Shown: positions 1 through 13,283, numbered from the stretch's first letter. The stretch: DNA of 64,000 nt from Octopus vulgaris (GCA_951406725.2 OX597822.1:103788001-103852000); one strand, 5' to 3'. Numbers and translations are program-made. Notes: generated by a model from the letters alone, not told the origin.

Positions 1-288
1 ACAGACACGTGCACCCTTAACGTAGTTCTCGGGGATATTCAGCGTGACACAGAGAGTGACAAGGCCGGCCCTTTTGAAATACAGGTACAACAGAAACAGG
101 AAGTAAGAGTGAGAGAAAGTTGTGGTGAAAGAGTACAGCAGGGATCACCACCATCCCCTGCCGGAGCCTCGTGGAGCTTTTTAGGTGTTTTCGCTCAATA
201 AACACTCACAACGCCCGGTCTGGGAATCGAAACCGCGATCCTATGACCGCGAGTCCGCTGCCCTAACCACTGGGGCATTGCGCCTCCA
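1..288 (-). mobile_element. tRNA(Arg)-derived SINE, OR1-like head with tail A (3' end runs off window)
   Basis: Minus strand reads GGAGGCGCAATG..AGTGGTTAGGGCAGCGGACTCGCGG..GGTTTCGATTCCC (Pol III A/B boxes). Near-identical to 18324-18705. Confidence 0.9.
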
Positions 289-507
289 CCGTATTTGATT
301 AACACACGTCCCTTTGTAAGGTTTCTTTAAAGCAGAATGCTACATCTAGCGCCAGATCATATTTGTAGATACGTTATAAGTGTTACACTGATCGTTATCT
401 TAAAAGCGCGTGAAACGGGTATTTATATCTATAGAGGTACTTATACAAGTTGAATATTTGTACAGATTTTACAGTTACAGAAGTGTGCATACATACACTA
501 TATATCT

Positions 508-712
508 TCTTTTATTCTTTTATTCTTTTTAGTCATTTGGTTGTGCCCATGCTGGAGCACCTCCTTTAGTCGAACAAATCGACTCCAGAACCTATTCTTT
601 GTAAGCCAACTACTTACTCTATCGGCCTATTTTGCCGAACCGCTACGTTACAAGGACGTAAACACACCAACATCGGTTGTCAAACGTTGGTGGGGGCTAA
701 ACACACACACAC

Positions 713-768
<56 letters not shown>

Positions 769-908
769 ATACGACGGGCTTCTTTTAATTTCTGCCTACC
801 AAATCCACTCACAAGACTTTGGTCGGCCCGAGGCTATAGTAGAAGACACTTGCCCGGACTGAACCCGGAACCATGTGGCTGGTAAGCAAGCTAATTACCA
901 CACAGCCA

Positions 909-911
<3 letters not shown>
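508..911 (-). mobile_element. OK-like tRNA-derived SINE with internal (TA)n/(CA)n and a small internal deletion
   Basis: Shares GAGTGGCTGTGTGGTAA..GGTTCCGGGTTCAGTCC head and GGTGCTCCAGCATGG tail with seven other copies in the window. Confidence 0.9.
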
Positions 912-972
<61 letters not shown>

Positions 973-1200
973 CATATATACATACATACACACATACATA
1001 CATACATACATACATACATACATACACACATGCATACATACATACATACATACATGCATACATACATACATACACACACATACATACATACATACATACA
1101 TACATACATACATGCATACATACACACATACATACATGCATACATACATACACACATGCATACATACATACATACATACATACATATGTGTGTGTGTGTG
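912..1200. repeat. Compound microsatellite (TA)n(TACA)n(TG)n
   Basis: Direct reading. Confidence 0.98.
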
Positions 1201-2384
1201 TTATTGATAATTATTAAAGAGAGCAATATACATTCCATTGTTTGTTGGAGAGTAGGGAACGGAACAACCATTTAATAAAATATATTCAAAGATTTTCGGC
1301 ATTCAACTCAACCGTACAGAATATGGAAACGTGATTTACTTGTTTAGTGCAGAAAACGAAAAGTAAAAGAGAAAAGAAAAAGAAAGAAAAGAAAAGGAAA
1401 AGAAAAGACAAGGAAAGAGAGCTGTGTTTTATGTATTTCCACTCTTCAATAAATATTTGCAAATATACTATAATTTCCCTGCACGCAAATTATTGTTCCT
1501 TTATGAAGTATATATTTAACACACACACAAGAACACATATTTTTGTACGTGTGTGTATGGATTCATATTTGCGTGTGTATGTGTCTGTCTGTGTATTCTA
1601 CATTTTGCACGAAATATTTCTCTCCTCTCAAAATTCCTTTCTTTTTACTCCGCCATCTACCTGCCAAGCTGCATAGTTCTGCATCAAGTGACTTTCATTT
1701 AAAAAGACAGATTATAAATCAATTCTCCATTGAGTTGATCTCTAATCAGCACAGACATATTTAGATTTTCTTTACGTTGCTTTCAGAAAAGATTTCAGGG
1801 CAATATACGACTGGAATCGCGGAAAAGATTTTAGATAATGGAGGGTGTAGAAATTGATCCAGATATCTCCCCTTCACGTAGATATTTTAATACTTATTTT
1901 GTTTTGTATATATCAGCAGTATTTAGGTCACGTAGATAAATTCGTGGTATTGTATCCATATTATGCATAATCTTTTTCCTCAAAAATATGTCAAGAATTA
2001 TTTTTAAGAAAAAGATAAATAAAAGACAACCACATATACAAGCAGTTCAGTAATTTAAGAAGAAACCATATTTAGTTTATCCTGGATGTATCCAACTCAA
2101 AACTGAAGTGAAATAAAAATAAAATCACTCTTGGAAGAATCCTTAGTGAGATTTTTTTGAGCTTCTGGAATTTTCCTTTTTTTCCTTTTTTTTTTCTTTT
2201 TTTGATATTGCAACAGGTAACCTTGATTGGGAATCTGTCCGTCGAGAGTGATAAAATCTCGGCTTGAGGATACATTCCTACCCCAGCAAGTACTCTCAGA
2301 AGTCATGGGAATGTGTTCGTGTTCACGTGTTCACTGCCCTTTCTTCGTGATTCAACAGTAAAAAAACGTTACAGAGTGCATGCG

Positions 2385-2393
2385 AGCGTGTGC

Positions 2394-2424
<31 letters not shown>

Positions 2425-2812
2425 TGTATGTATGTATGTATGTATGTATGTATGCATGTATGTATGTATGTGCGTATGTATGTATGTATGTATGTGTGTG
2501 TGTATGTATGTATGTATGTATGTATGTATGTGTGTATGTATGTATGTATGTGTGTATGTATGTATGTATGTATGTATGTGTGTATGTATGTATGTATGTA
2601 TGCATGTATGTATGCATGTATGTATGTATGTATGCATGTATGTATGTATGTATGTATGCATGTATGTATGTATGTGTGTGTATGTGTTTATGTATGTATA
2701 TATATATATATACATATATATGTATGTGTGTATATATATATATATATATATTTGTGTGTATATGTTTGTGTGTGTGTGTGTTTGTGCGTGTGCGTGTGTG
2801 TGTAATATATGT
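2385..2812. repeat. Compound microsatellite (TATG)n/(TA)n/(TG)n
   Basis: Direct reading. Confidence 0.98.
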
Positions 2813-2814
2813 AT

Positions 2815-3195
2815 AGGATAATAGGATGAGATATGTCCTGTGCTGACACCAAATAAATACAAAAATCGCCAACGAGAGGTTAGGTCAGTATTTACATTGG
2901 AAAATGTGTAAACTCTACCGAATTAGCACTCCTGCTAACTGGGTTCGAGCATCATCGTGAGCCAGATGTTGAAGGTAAAAATGTGACTATCCACTGGGAT
3001 TTTCCAGTCAACACTGACAGAACGACCCAGGCTATTCGAACAGACCTAATTATTAAAGACAGGGAATAAAATACTTGTAGATGTATAGATGTAAGAGTTC
3101 CTACTGATAAAAACCATATCTGTCAAGGAATTTGACAAACTATGTTAATATAATGACTAGAAATTGAAATGTAAAACATGTGGAATCCTACGAAA
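2815..3195 (+). mobile_element. Decayed R4/Dong LINE fragment (restriction-like endonuclease region)
   Basis: Translates to VTIHWDFPVNTDRTTQAIRTDLIIKD, matching the WD..TDR...NRPDI motif of other copies. Confidence 0.7.
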
Positions 3196-3299
3196 ACATC
3201 TGATTGGTTAGCAATAAGTATTACTTACCGACTCCCGAAGAATAATTAAATCAAATCTCCCAAAACTATCGACCCATAATATGTCTATATACCTCATAT

Positions 3300-4915
3300 A
3301 AAATGTGAACGTCCATCTCCGTGGAGAAAACATGTAAATTTATGGAACCGCACAAAATTTTACCCACTGAACGAAAGGGATGCCAACGAGGCTGCTATGG
3401 ATGGAAACACCAAGTCTTAATCAATCGCATGATCCTTGAGAACTTCATAACAAACGCAAAAATCTTAGTGCTGCATGGATTAATTTAAAAAGCCTTCGAA
3501 AGCTTACCGCATTCATGGAGCTTGGAATCGCTGGTTATCTTCAAAATTTCTCCTGTCATTTCAGATTTCCTGAAGCACATGTCAATGTGTAATACGAATC
3601 TCCAACTATATCACTCTAATAGAGTATTGACCACAAAAAATATTAATATCAACAGCGGTATTTCCCGAGGTGACTCACTTTCACTTTTTATTTTCGCATA
3701 GCCCTAATACTCCTTACAAGTGATCTTAACAGAAAAGGGCATGGATATAAAATTGGCGACAAGAAAATAAGTCATCTATTTTATATGCATGACTTAAAAC
3801 TCTATAGCAAAGACGATAATGAGTTTGAAGGAATACTACGTACAGGGAAAGCATTCTGTGATGACATCAGGATGGAATTTCGTCTTGATAAATGTGCAAA
3901 GGCCACTGTCCAAAAAGGGAAATTGAAGACCTCACATTTAGTGGTGCTGGAAGTTGACACAGTCATAACAGAACTCGAGCGGGAACAAACTTACAAATAC
4001 CTCGGAATAAATGAAGGCTCTGACATTCAGCACGCAACTATGAAGGAGAAGATCAAGAAGGTGTATTACAGGAGGGTTCGAGCAGTCCTAAAACCCGAGT
4101 TATATGCACGTAACAAGGTTTTCGCTATAAATTCCTAAGGACTTCCGTTTGTTATTTACAGTTTCGATGTGTTGAACTGGAATATGAGCGAAATAAGGAA
4201 GATTGACAGGAAAATCTGTAAGCTCCTGAATTGCAATAAGATGGACCACCCAAAGGCAGACGCAGATCGTCTTTACCTACCCAGAGATCAAGGAAGTCGA
4301 AGATTCATACAATTTGAAATTTCCTACAAACAACCACAACTGGACTTGCGAAATATTTTGAAACATCTAACGACTGGATGCTAAAGTTTTTTGAAAACCA
4401 TGAAAGACGTAAGAAGCTACATTCTGTTATGAAGGAGAGCAAAATATTTTCAAGTGAGCTTATGCATAATACCCATGTTGAACGGCATGCTGGAAGTACA
4501 ACAAATGTAGTTGCGAAGAAGGCTAAATCAATAGCAAAGCATTTGAACAATTGGCTGATAGGTGGGAACAAAAACCTCTGCATGAATGATGTAAGAAGCA
4601 AATAAACCAGATATTGTTGTGAAAGGCCAAAACAATAAAGTCTGTTTATTGATTGAAATGAACATACATTGTGACCGTAACATCTCGGCAAAAGAATTTG
4701 ATAAGCTCAGAAAATATAGACTTGCTCTTTGAAATCAACAAGATATGGCATCTCAAGAGGTTTACAATACCAGTGATTGCAGGAGCACTAGGAATGATCC
4801 AAAAAGGAACTGAATATTATTTAAGAATGATCCCTGGTTTACCATCCGTGCAGGAAGTGCAAAAGATTGTCTTAACTGGTACGTCACACGTATTGAGAAG
4901 AGCATTGTCGCTGCG
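3300..4915 (+). mobile_element. Decayed R4/Dong-clade non-LTR retrotransposon (RT plus C-terminal endonuclease remnant)
   Basis: HLFYMHDLKLY (YMDD), DKCAK, TYKYLGINE, HPKADADRLYLPR, PVIAGALG..VQKIVLTGTSHVLRR; stops and frameshifts. Confidence 0.88.
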
Positions 4916-4939
4916 AATTTTCTTTTTCTTTTACCCCTT

Positions 4940-5412
4940 TATTTTCTTTATTCTTTTACTTGTTTCACTCATTTGACTGTGGCCATGCTGGATCACCGCA
5001 TTTAGTCGAGAAAATCGAGCTCAGAGCTTATTTTTTGTGAGCCTAGTACTTATTCTATCGGCTCTTTTGCCGAACCGTTAAGTGACGTGGACGTAAATAC
5101 ACCAGCATCGGTTGTCAAGCGATGTTGGGGGGGACAAACACAGACACACAAACATACACACACACACACACACACACACACGCATACATACATGCATACA
5201 TACATACATACATATACATACATACATACATACATACATACATACATACATACATACAAACATACATACATACATACATATATATATGTATACCAAATCC
5301 ACTCACAAAACTTTGGTCGGCCCGAGGCTATAGTAGAATACACTTGCCCAAGGTGCCACGGAACCATGTGGTTGAGAAGCAAGCGTCTTACCACACAGCC
5401 ACCCCTCTGCCT
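4940..5412 (-). mobile_element. OK-like SINE with expanded internal (CA)n(TACA)n
   Basis: Homology to other OK-like copies. Confidence 0.88.
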
Positions 5413-5596
5413 ATGTTTAATTTGTTGTTTATTTTGTTATGTTTATCTTTTATTTTTTCTCTCTGTCTTTCCTCCCACTTTTCTCTATCACATGACTTTG
5501 TAAATGGACAATTTGGTGTGTTGATGCACTTCTCTTCTCTGGGTGTCGGGAGGACATTCGGAAAGAAATGGAAACAGAATTGAAAGATGCTAATGA

Positions 5597-5597
5597 A

Positions 5598-5640
<43 letters not shown>

Positions 5641-5682
5641 GTAATAATAATAATAATAATGATAATAATAATAATAATAATG

Positions 5683-5722
<40 letters not shown>

Positions 5723-5760
5723 TAATAATAATAATAATAGTAATAATAATAATAATAATG

Positions 5761-5824
<64 letters not shown>

Positions 5825-5834
5825 TAATAATAAT
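5597..5834. repeat. (AAT)n microsatellite with GAT/AGT variants
   Basis: Direct reading. Confidence 0.98.
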
Positions 5835-6046
5835 AAAAAAATATTCAGACAAATACATAACAAAAACAGGACTTACAAACACACATAACATATTGGAAAT
5901 TGCACTGCTGGGCACTGCACACATCCTACGCAGAATACTTTCCATACAATAACCATCAGAGCATCACAACAAATCACAGCACATACCCAAGGCACACAGA
6001 ACTGCGCTCGGTAGTGAAGTGAAAGCACGCTATAAAAATAAAACTA

Positions 6047-6051
<5 letters not shown>
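5835..6051 (+). mobile_element. 5'-truncated Dong/R4 LINE 3' end inserted in (TAA)n
   Basis: KKYSDKYITK..IALLGTAHILRRILSIQ* plus 3'UTR ending AAAACTACTG(AAT)n. Confidence 0.9.
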
Positions 6052-6111
<60 letters not shown>

Positions 6112-6164
6112 TAATAATAATAATGATAATAATAATAATGATAATAATAATAAGGATAATAATA

Positions 6165-6217
<53 letters not shown>

Positions 6218-6219
6218 AA

Positions 6220-6432
6220 TAAATATTCAGACAAATACATAACAAAAACAGGACTTACAAACACACATAACATATTGAAAATTGCACTACTGGGCACTGT
6301 ACACATCCTACGCAGAAGACTTTCCATACAGTATCCATCAGAGCATCACAACAAATCACAGCACATACCCAAGGCACACAGAGCTGCGCTCGGTAGTGAA
6401 GTGAAAGCACGCTATAAAAATAAAACTACTGA
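6220..6432 (+). mobile_element. Second 5'-truncated Dong/R4 3' end in (TAA)n
   Basis: Near-identical to 5835-6051, with almost the same 5' truncation point. Confidence 0.9.
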
Positions 6433-6441
6433 ATAATAATG

Positions 6442-6524
<83 letters not shown>

Positions 6525-6551
6525 AATAATAATAGTGAAAGAAAAATCATA

Positions 6552-6905
6552 CAAGATGTCGAAATATCGTTCACTAGATAACAATGGCACTCTTTTAATC
6601 TTGACACTATACCTTCAGGAGGAGTTACCTCAATCCTTTCTATATTAACCAAAATGAAGTAGATTGACAAATTTATTTTTTGAACTAGTTGAAGACACGC
6701 AAGATGTCGAAATATCGTTCACTAGATAACAATAGCACTCTTCTTTTAATTTTGACTCTATATCTTCAGGAGGTGTTACCTCAATCCTTTCTATATTAAC
6801 CGAAATGAAGTAGATTGATAAATTTATTTTTTAAACCAGTTGAAAACACACATGATGTCGAAATATCGTTCACTAGATAACAATAGCACTCTTCTTTTAA
6901 TTTTA
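6552..6905. repeat. ~150-bp tandem repeat (about 2.4 units) with hammerhead-like motifs, flanked by (TAA)n
   Basis: GATGTCGAAATATCGTTCACTAGATAACAAT recurs at ~6555, ~6703 and ~6854. Confidence 0.9.
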
Positions 6906-6911
6906 CAGTTT

Positions 6912-6977
<66 letters not shown>

Positions 6978-6979
6978 GT

Positions 6980-7995
6980 TCAGTTACAAAACATTACTCA
7001 GTAACAAAACAGGCAAAGGAATATCTAAGGGAATTCCAAATACAAGTAAAACTGAAGAATTAGATGTACTAGAAACAAGTGCAGAAAAAGCTAGGTGTAT
7101 GAAAACCCGTGCCAAAACTGCTGCCTTAGATTTTCTTACTGATAAATGACAAGAATAACCTCTCAATGGCAAATACCAAAAGAATCTAGCACTGTCGATG
7201 CTGACAAAGCCCATACCAATCAGTGGTTTGTGTCTTCAGGCCAACATATTAAAGAACCGTAGCTGCCCAACATGTCGTGTATGTCAACAACAAAACGAAA
7301 ATATTGATCATGTTGTCTCCATGTGCAGTCTTCTTGCGCCTACAGAGTATCCCAGCAGGCATGATAGAGCTGCACTATATATTCACTGGGTAATTTGCAA
7401 AAACCTGGACCTTCCCACGATAAAAACTGGTGAGAACACAAACCACCTCCAGTGCTTGAAAATGACCACATCTCACTCCTCTTGAACTTCACCATTCAAA
7501 CTGACAGAAAGATAGATGCGAATAGACCAGACATCATATTGAAAAACTTCAGACAGAAATCATGCCACCTCATTGATATGACTGTCCCAATCGATACAAA
7601 AACGTATCTGTCAAGACCTACCAAAAACTGAGCAAATATAAAGATCTTGAAACAGAAATTGGCAAAATGTGGAACCTCAAGACTAAAACAGTACCTGTAG
7701 TCATAGGTGCTCTGGGAATGATAGCAAAAGGAGCAGATTGATACCTAGCTCAGATGACAGTAAACCCCAAAATGGCAGAAATTCATGAGAACTGCCCTTC
7801 TACGTAAAATACTGTCTATGTAACCTCAAATTTTGAAACAAGCTTATAATGTTCTTCTTATGTTTTCTTAAACATTTTCAAGAACAACACTAAATACAAA
7901 ACCAAATATATGACACCCTAGGAATAACACCAACATAAATTTCTAACTTGTTGTCTCCTGAGGTCTGCGGGTGAGACTTGGAGCCAACTTGTACA
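6980..7995 (+). mobile_element. Decayed Dong/R4 C-terminal region (CCHC finger, restriction-like endonuclease) and 3'UTR
   Basis: CRVCQQQNENIDHVVSMC, RHD, NRPDII, KYKDLE, PVVIGALG; flanked by (AAT)n. Confidence 0.85.
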
Positions 7996-8016
7996 AATAC
8001 AAAGCAAAATTTAAAC

Positions 8017-8079
<63 letters not shown>

Positions 8080-8107
8080 AAATAATAATAATAATAATAT
8101 TAATAAC

Positions 8108-8169
<62 letters not shown>

Positions 8170-8194
8170 GGAATATATTCACAGACACGACAGA

Positions 8195-8617
8195 GTTGGG
8201 ACGTATATACACCGGAAACCATGCCAACATTATGGAATAACAACAGAAAAAAGATGGTATAGGCACACACCAGAAAAGCTCACAGAAAACGAGAAAGCAA
8301 CCATACTCTGGGATAGGCCAATACACACAGATAGAGAAATTAAGGCCAACAGACCAGATATAGTTGTCAGAGATCATGAAGAAAAAAATGTTTTCTAATT
8401 GATGTATCAATACCAGCGGATGACAACGTTTCTCTAAAAGAAATGGAGAAACTTTCAAAATACAAAGACCTGGATATAGAGCTAACTTGAATGTGGAATC
8501 TAAAAACAGAAACAATTCCTATCATATTAGGTGCATTAGGCATGATAAAAAAATATTCAGACAAATACATAACTGCGCTGGGTAGTGAAGTGAAAGCACG
8601 ATATAACAAATATACTA

Positions 8618-8621
<4 letters not shown>
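8195..8621 (+). mobile_element. Dong/R4 3' fragment with internal deletion, in (TAA)n
   Basis: RPDIVVRD..FLIDVSIPADDNVSLKEMEKLSKYKDL; same terminal AAGTGAAAGCACG..ACTACTG(AAT)n. Confidence 0.88.
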
Positions 8622-8699
<78 letters not shown>

Positions 8700-8719
8700 C
8701 AACAACAACACTAATTGTA

Positions 8720-8766
<47 letters not shown>

Positions 8767-8788
8767 AATAATGATAATAATAATAATG

Positions 8789-8874
<86 letters not shown>

Positions 8875-8875
8875 T

Positions 8876-10342
8876 TAATGAAATTCTAGCAGAGTGAGAG
8901 CCAATGCCTGAATGGTTCACGGAAGGGATACCTATCCTAATTCCCAAATGCACTGAAACGACAATCCCAAGAATTTAATGACCGATAACTATCTCCCGAC
9001 AATTTACAAAGCCTTTACCGCAATAATATCGCAGAGAATGAGCAAACTTCTGGAAGAAAACAACCTGTTTTCAGAAGAGCAGAAGGGGCTCATGTGGTTG
9101 TAAAGATCAACTACTGATCAATACAGCCATAGCTGAAGACAGCCGCAGAAAGTAGAAGGTCTTAGTACGGCCTGGATCGATAACTGAAAGGCTTTTGACA
9201 GTATTCCCCATGCATGGATCCTAGAAACACCAGCCATGAACAAGATAGCACCAATAATCATAAAATATGCAAAAACATTCCATGAATAAATGGCATACAG
9301 TGCTACAGCTCCTGACAAAAGAGAAACTCATAAAAGCCAAAGCCTTATCCATTGGAAAAGGAATATTCCAGGGAGACACATTCTCTCCACTTCTTTTCCG
9401 CTTGGTACTGACACCTTTAGCTGACATTCTAAACAGAACTGTTACGGTAATACAATCAGCCACCTCTTATATATGGATGATCTAAAACTATATGCTACAA
9501 ATGATAAACAGTTGGAAGCATTATTACAGACACTACATGGATTTACCAGAGAAATAAACATGAAATTTGGTTTAGAAAAGAGGAAAACTAGTTAAGAGTA
9601 GCAAGAAAACTAGTTACGATTACACTAGATAAAGGAAATGAAAAAAAAATGAGACCAAAGCCAGACATACAAATGTCTACGATACAACACACACATATGA
9701 AAGAGAAGACAAGGAAAGAATACTATAGAAGAGTTAGATTAATATTGAAAACAGAGCACAATGCGAAAAACAAGATAATAGGTATCAACACTAGTCGTCC
9801 CAGTTATAAGGTACAGCTACAATGTTCTTAAGAGAACTCTAAATGACAGGAAAACAAGAATAAAAATGACAGTATTTAGGATGCACTAACCAAACTCTGA
9901 CATAGAAACCTTATATATACAAAGTATCGAAGGTGGTAGAGGCCTTATACAGTTAGAAAACTATTACAAAATAACCACCATAGGACTACAGTAATACCTG
10001 CTTCAGTAGCAAGGAAATTAATACAAATAACCATCAAAACACGAACAAAGCAAAATAACTGTTTTCAGTCCTTAATGAAACTGGCAAATACAAAAAAAGC
10101 AATCGTAGTACCTAACAACTATGGAGACAAGGAAAAAGAAGAAAAGCTGTAAAACAACTGAAATACAAACTAATATTGGAACAGCAACGGATCATGAGAG
10201 AACGATGGCAAGAAAAGCCATTTCATGGCAAATATTGGGTTAAAGTAAACAGTAATAGACAAAGCAAAATTCCAACAATGGCTGAGAAGCTCAGGACTCA
10301 AAGAAGAGACTGAAGGATTTTTAATTGCAGTGCAAGGTGATA
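8876..10342 (+). mobile_element. Decayed Dong/R4 reverse transcriptase region
   Basis: PEWFTEG, KAFDSIPHAWI, GIFQGDTFSPLLF, HLLYMDDLKLY, WLRSSGLKEETEGFLIAVQ; many frameshifts. Confidence 0.88.
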
Positions 10343-10374
10343 TTGTAAATATTTGCATATGTGTATGTGTGTGA

Positions 10375-10409
<35 letters not shown>

Positions 10410-10421
10410 CATGTATACGCA

Positions 10422-10497
<76 letters not shown>

Positions 10498-11066
10498 CAG
10501 GGTGCGATGGGTAAATTTTCGCCACAGTATATTTTTTATTTCGGACATGCGCATTGTTTGTTTTTGATTTTGTCCACTACACACTATGGTAAGGTTAATT
10601 GGGCACCACCTGTGAGAAGAAACAGCACCATGTTCCAATTCACTTAGGCAGAAATTTAGAAACGACATGCTGTAATGCTTGGCATTCGCGTCGCAGGCTC
10701 CAATACGAACACCCCTTACATCTGGCCACCTAACTCCCCTGACTGCAACGCCCTTGATTATTATGTGTGAGACGCAGTTGAGCGAGAAACCAACAAAACT
10801 CCTTGTAACACCAAATATGAACTGAAGCGAAGGATTATGGCAGCATTCACCAACTTCAACAAGGAGACTGCCCAGAAGAGTTGCAGGAACTTACGAAGTC
10901 GTCTGGGGACCGTGGTCGAAGCCAACAGCGATTGTATTGAATAAATTTTCTCTTCGGTATTTCAAGATATTTCTGCGAAAATTTTAGTACATATATCAGT
11001 TAAGATGGATGTCAGTGTTACTTTCATTTTTGCATAATTTAGACGACAATTTATTCACTGCACCTT
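10498..11066 (+). mobile_element. Internally deleted Tc1/mariner transposon (DD37D/maT-like)
   Basis: Imperfect TIRs CAGGGTGCGATGGGTAAATTTTCGCC / GACGACAATTTATTCACTGCACCTT with TA flanks; transposase C-terminus WPPNSPDCNALDYYV...VVEANSDCIE. Confidence 0.82.
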
Positions 11067-11079
11067 ATATATATATATA

Positions 11080-11710
11080 GTTGATTTGTACAGAAAAGCA
11101 AAAGACGAAGAGAGGTGTGTAAACAATAAGCAGGTGTATTAATTTGACGCTCGGGAAAGTGAGAAAATCTTTTACGTTTCTAGCCTACGCTCTTCGACAG
11201 AAAGGAATAATGGAAAATAAACAAAGAGAGAATAAAAAAATTCTTGTAGGTTTAGCGGTCATGTATCGCGACTGGTTCAAAGAAAAAAGGTTTAACAAGT
11301 GAGATAGAAAAAGGGGAGATAATAAAGTATTGGTGATGCTAAAACGAATTTGCGCGTGCGTGTGTTTGTGAGTAGGGACTAGTGATTTTGACATGTGTGG
11401 ATGTGTGCGTGTGTAAGTGTGTGCATTTGTAATGTGTGGGTGTGTGGATGATAGTGTGTGGGTGTGTGGATGATGGTGAGTGGGTGTGCAGATGAAGGTG
11501 TGTGTGGGTGCTGGGAAGTGGTCAATGCTAGTGTGTGCGGAGTAATGTGGAATGATATGTTGTGGTGTGGTGGTGTGTGGCGTGGTACGGGGGTAGGGAT
11601 GTAGTGGGTCTGTGGGTATGTTGGTGTGGAGTGGAGCTGTAGGGGCAGGGATGGGCGTGGGCGCAGGGGGTATCAATGAAGAGAGAGATGGTTGTTAGGA
11701 GTGAAGAGAA
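11080..11710 (-). mobile_element. Non-coding Penelope-like terminal element, family H1, (TA)n-flanked
   Basis: First ~150 bp homologous to 38674, 43036, 50064 and 56010 copies; carries hammerhead-like motif. Confidence 0.7.
11169..11204 (-). ncRNA. Minimal hammerhead-like motif, A6U variant
   Basis: Minus: CTTT CTGTCGA A GAGC gtag GCTA GAAA CG TA AAAG. Confidence 0.65.
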
Positions 11711-11741
11711 ATATATGTGTATATGTACACACACATATATA

Positions 11742-11777
<36 letters not shown>

Positions 11778-11810
11778 TGTATATATATATGTATATGTAT
11801 ATGTATAAAA

Positions 11811-12185
11811 TCCTTAAAAATCCTTAAAAATGTTTTAGCCCGAAGGCCGCGGCCATGCTGGGGCACCACCGCTGAATGAGCTACACTAGTTTGTGAATCC
11901 ACCTCTGATACGTGGCACTTGATCAACAAGGGAGTTCGATGCTGCTGCCCGCATCCGTGTCTCCTGTCGTGAGGTAGGTTCATCTGGGACTCCCAACAAG
12001 AAGAGATCCAGTTTAGTTTTAAAGAAACCCACATCCACACCATGTAAGTCTCTCAGGCATTTAGGGAGGATGTTAAAGAGCTGTAGTCCTCTGAAACCCA
12101 AGCTGTTGCAGTATCTGGACCTGTATTTTGATGGTGATGTTGGAATCCTTGGGACCACGCAGCGGCGCCCCGTTCTGCGGTTGAC
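11811..12185 (-). mobile_element. 5'-truncated CR1/L2-group LINE 3' end
   Basis: ORF2 C-terminus NSLGFRGLQLFNILPKCLRDL..FKTKLDLFLLGVPDEP; 3' stem-loop and terminal (TTTTTAAGGA)2 repeat. Confidence 0.8.
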
Positions 12186-12218
12186 AGACACACACACACA
12201 TATTATTATTATTATTAT

Positions 12219-12790
12219 TCAGTAGTTTTATTTTTATAGCGTGCTTTCACTTCACTACCGAGCGCAGCTCTATGTGCCTTGGGTATGTGCTGTGATTAGT
12301 TGTGATGCTCTGATGGTTATTGTATGGAAAGTGTTCTGCGTAGGATGTGTGCAGTGCCTAGTAGTGCAATTTTCTGTATGTTATATGTGTTTGTAAGTCC
12401 TGGTGTTTTTGTTATGTATTTGTCTGAATATTTTTTTATCATGCCTAATGCACCTACTATGATAGGAATTGTTTCTGTTTTCAGATTCCACATTCTAGTT
12501 ACCTCTATTTCCAGGTCTTTGTATTTTGAGAGTTTCTCCATTTCTTTTAGAGACACGTTGTCATCTGCCGGTATTGATACATCAATTAGAAAGCATTTTT
12601 TTTTCTTCATGATCTCTGACAACTATATCTGGTCTGTTGGCCTTAATTTCTCTATCTGTGTGTATCGGCATATCCCAGGGTATGGTTGCTTTCTCGTTTT
12701 CTGTGAGCTTTTCTGGTGTGTGCCTATACCATCTTTTTTCTGTTGTTATTCCATAATGTTGGCATAGCTTCCAATGTATGTAGGTTCCAA
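12219..12790 (-). mobile_element. Dong/R4 3' portion in (TTA)n, endonuclease nearly intact
   Basis: ORFs 12317-12622 and 12582-12899: WDMPIHTDREIKANRPDIVV..KKCFLIDVSIP..KYKDL..PIIVGALG..GTAHILRR. Confidence 0.92.
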
Positions 12791-12797
12791 CCACAAA

Positions 12798-12878
<81 letters not shown>

Positions 12879-13283
12879 CATCATCATCATCCTCATCATT
12901 ATTATTATTATTTCAAAACAATACAGTTATATGTATTATGACCAGCTTTAGATTCTTGCTTAGTCACCATTTCCAGAATTTTCTTAATTTTCCGTCTTTG
13001 ATCATCTAATCATTAACTTAAATATTAATAATTGATATTAAATATTTGTAAACATTGTCATATTCGTTACTTTGGAGAGCTCTAATAATTTTAATGTTAC
13101 GCAACCATTGCGCAAAAGGCGTAAGTTGAGAGAAATATTAAAATATTTAAAAAGTAAAAATATGATTTCTAAATACTTATTCAAAGTGTGTGAAAAAAAT
13201 AATTCAAGTACAGCTTAGCAAAGATTGCCAACTTAATGAAGCAATTAGCATTCATGAAATGAAAATATGGAAACTAATGTGAG

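Noticed and set aside
5597-8870. Repeat-spacer-like alternation of (AAT)n and unique blocks
   Set aside because: Not CRISPR: the blocks are LINE fragments in a microsatellite, and there are no cas genes.
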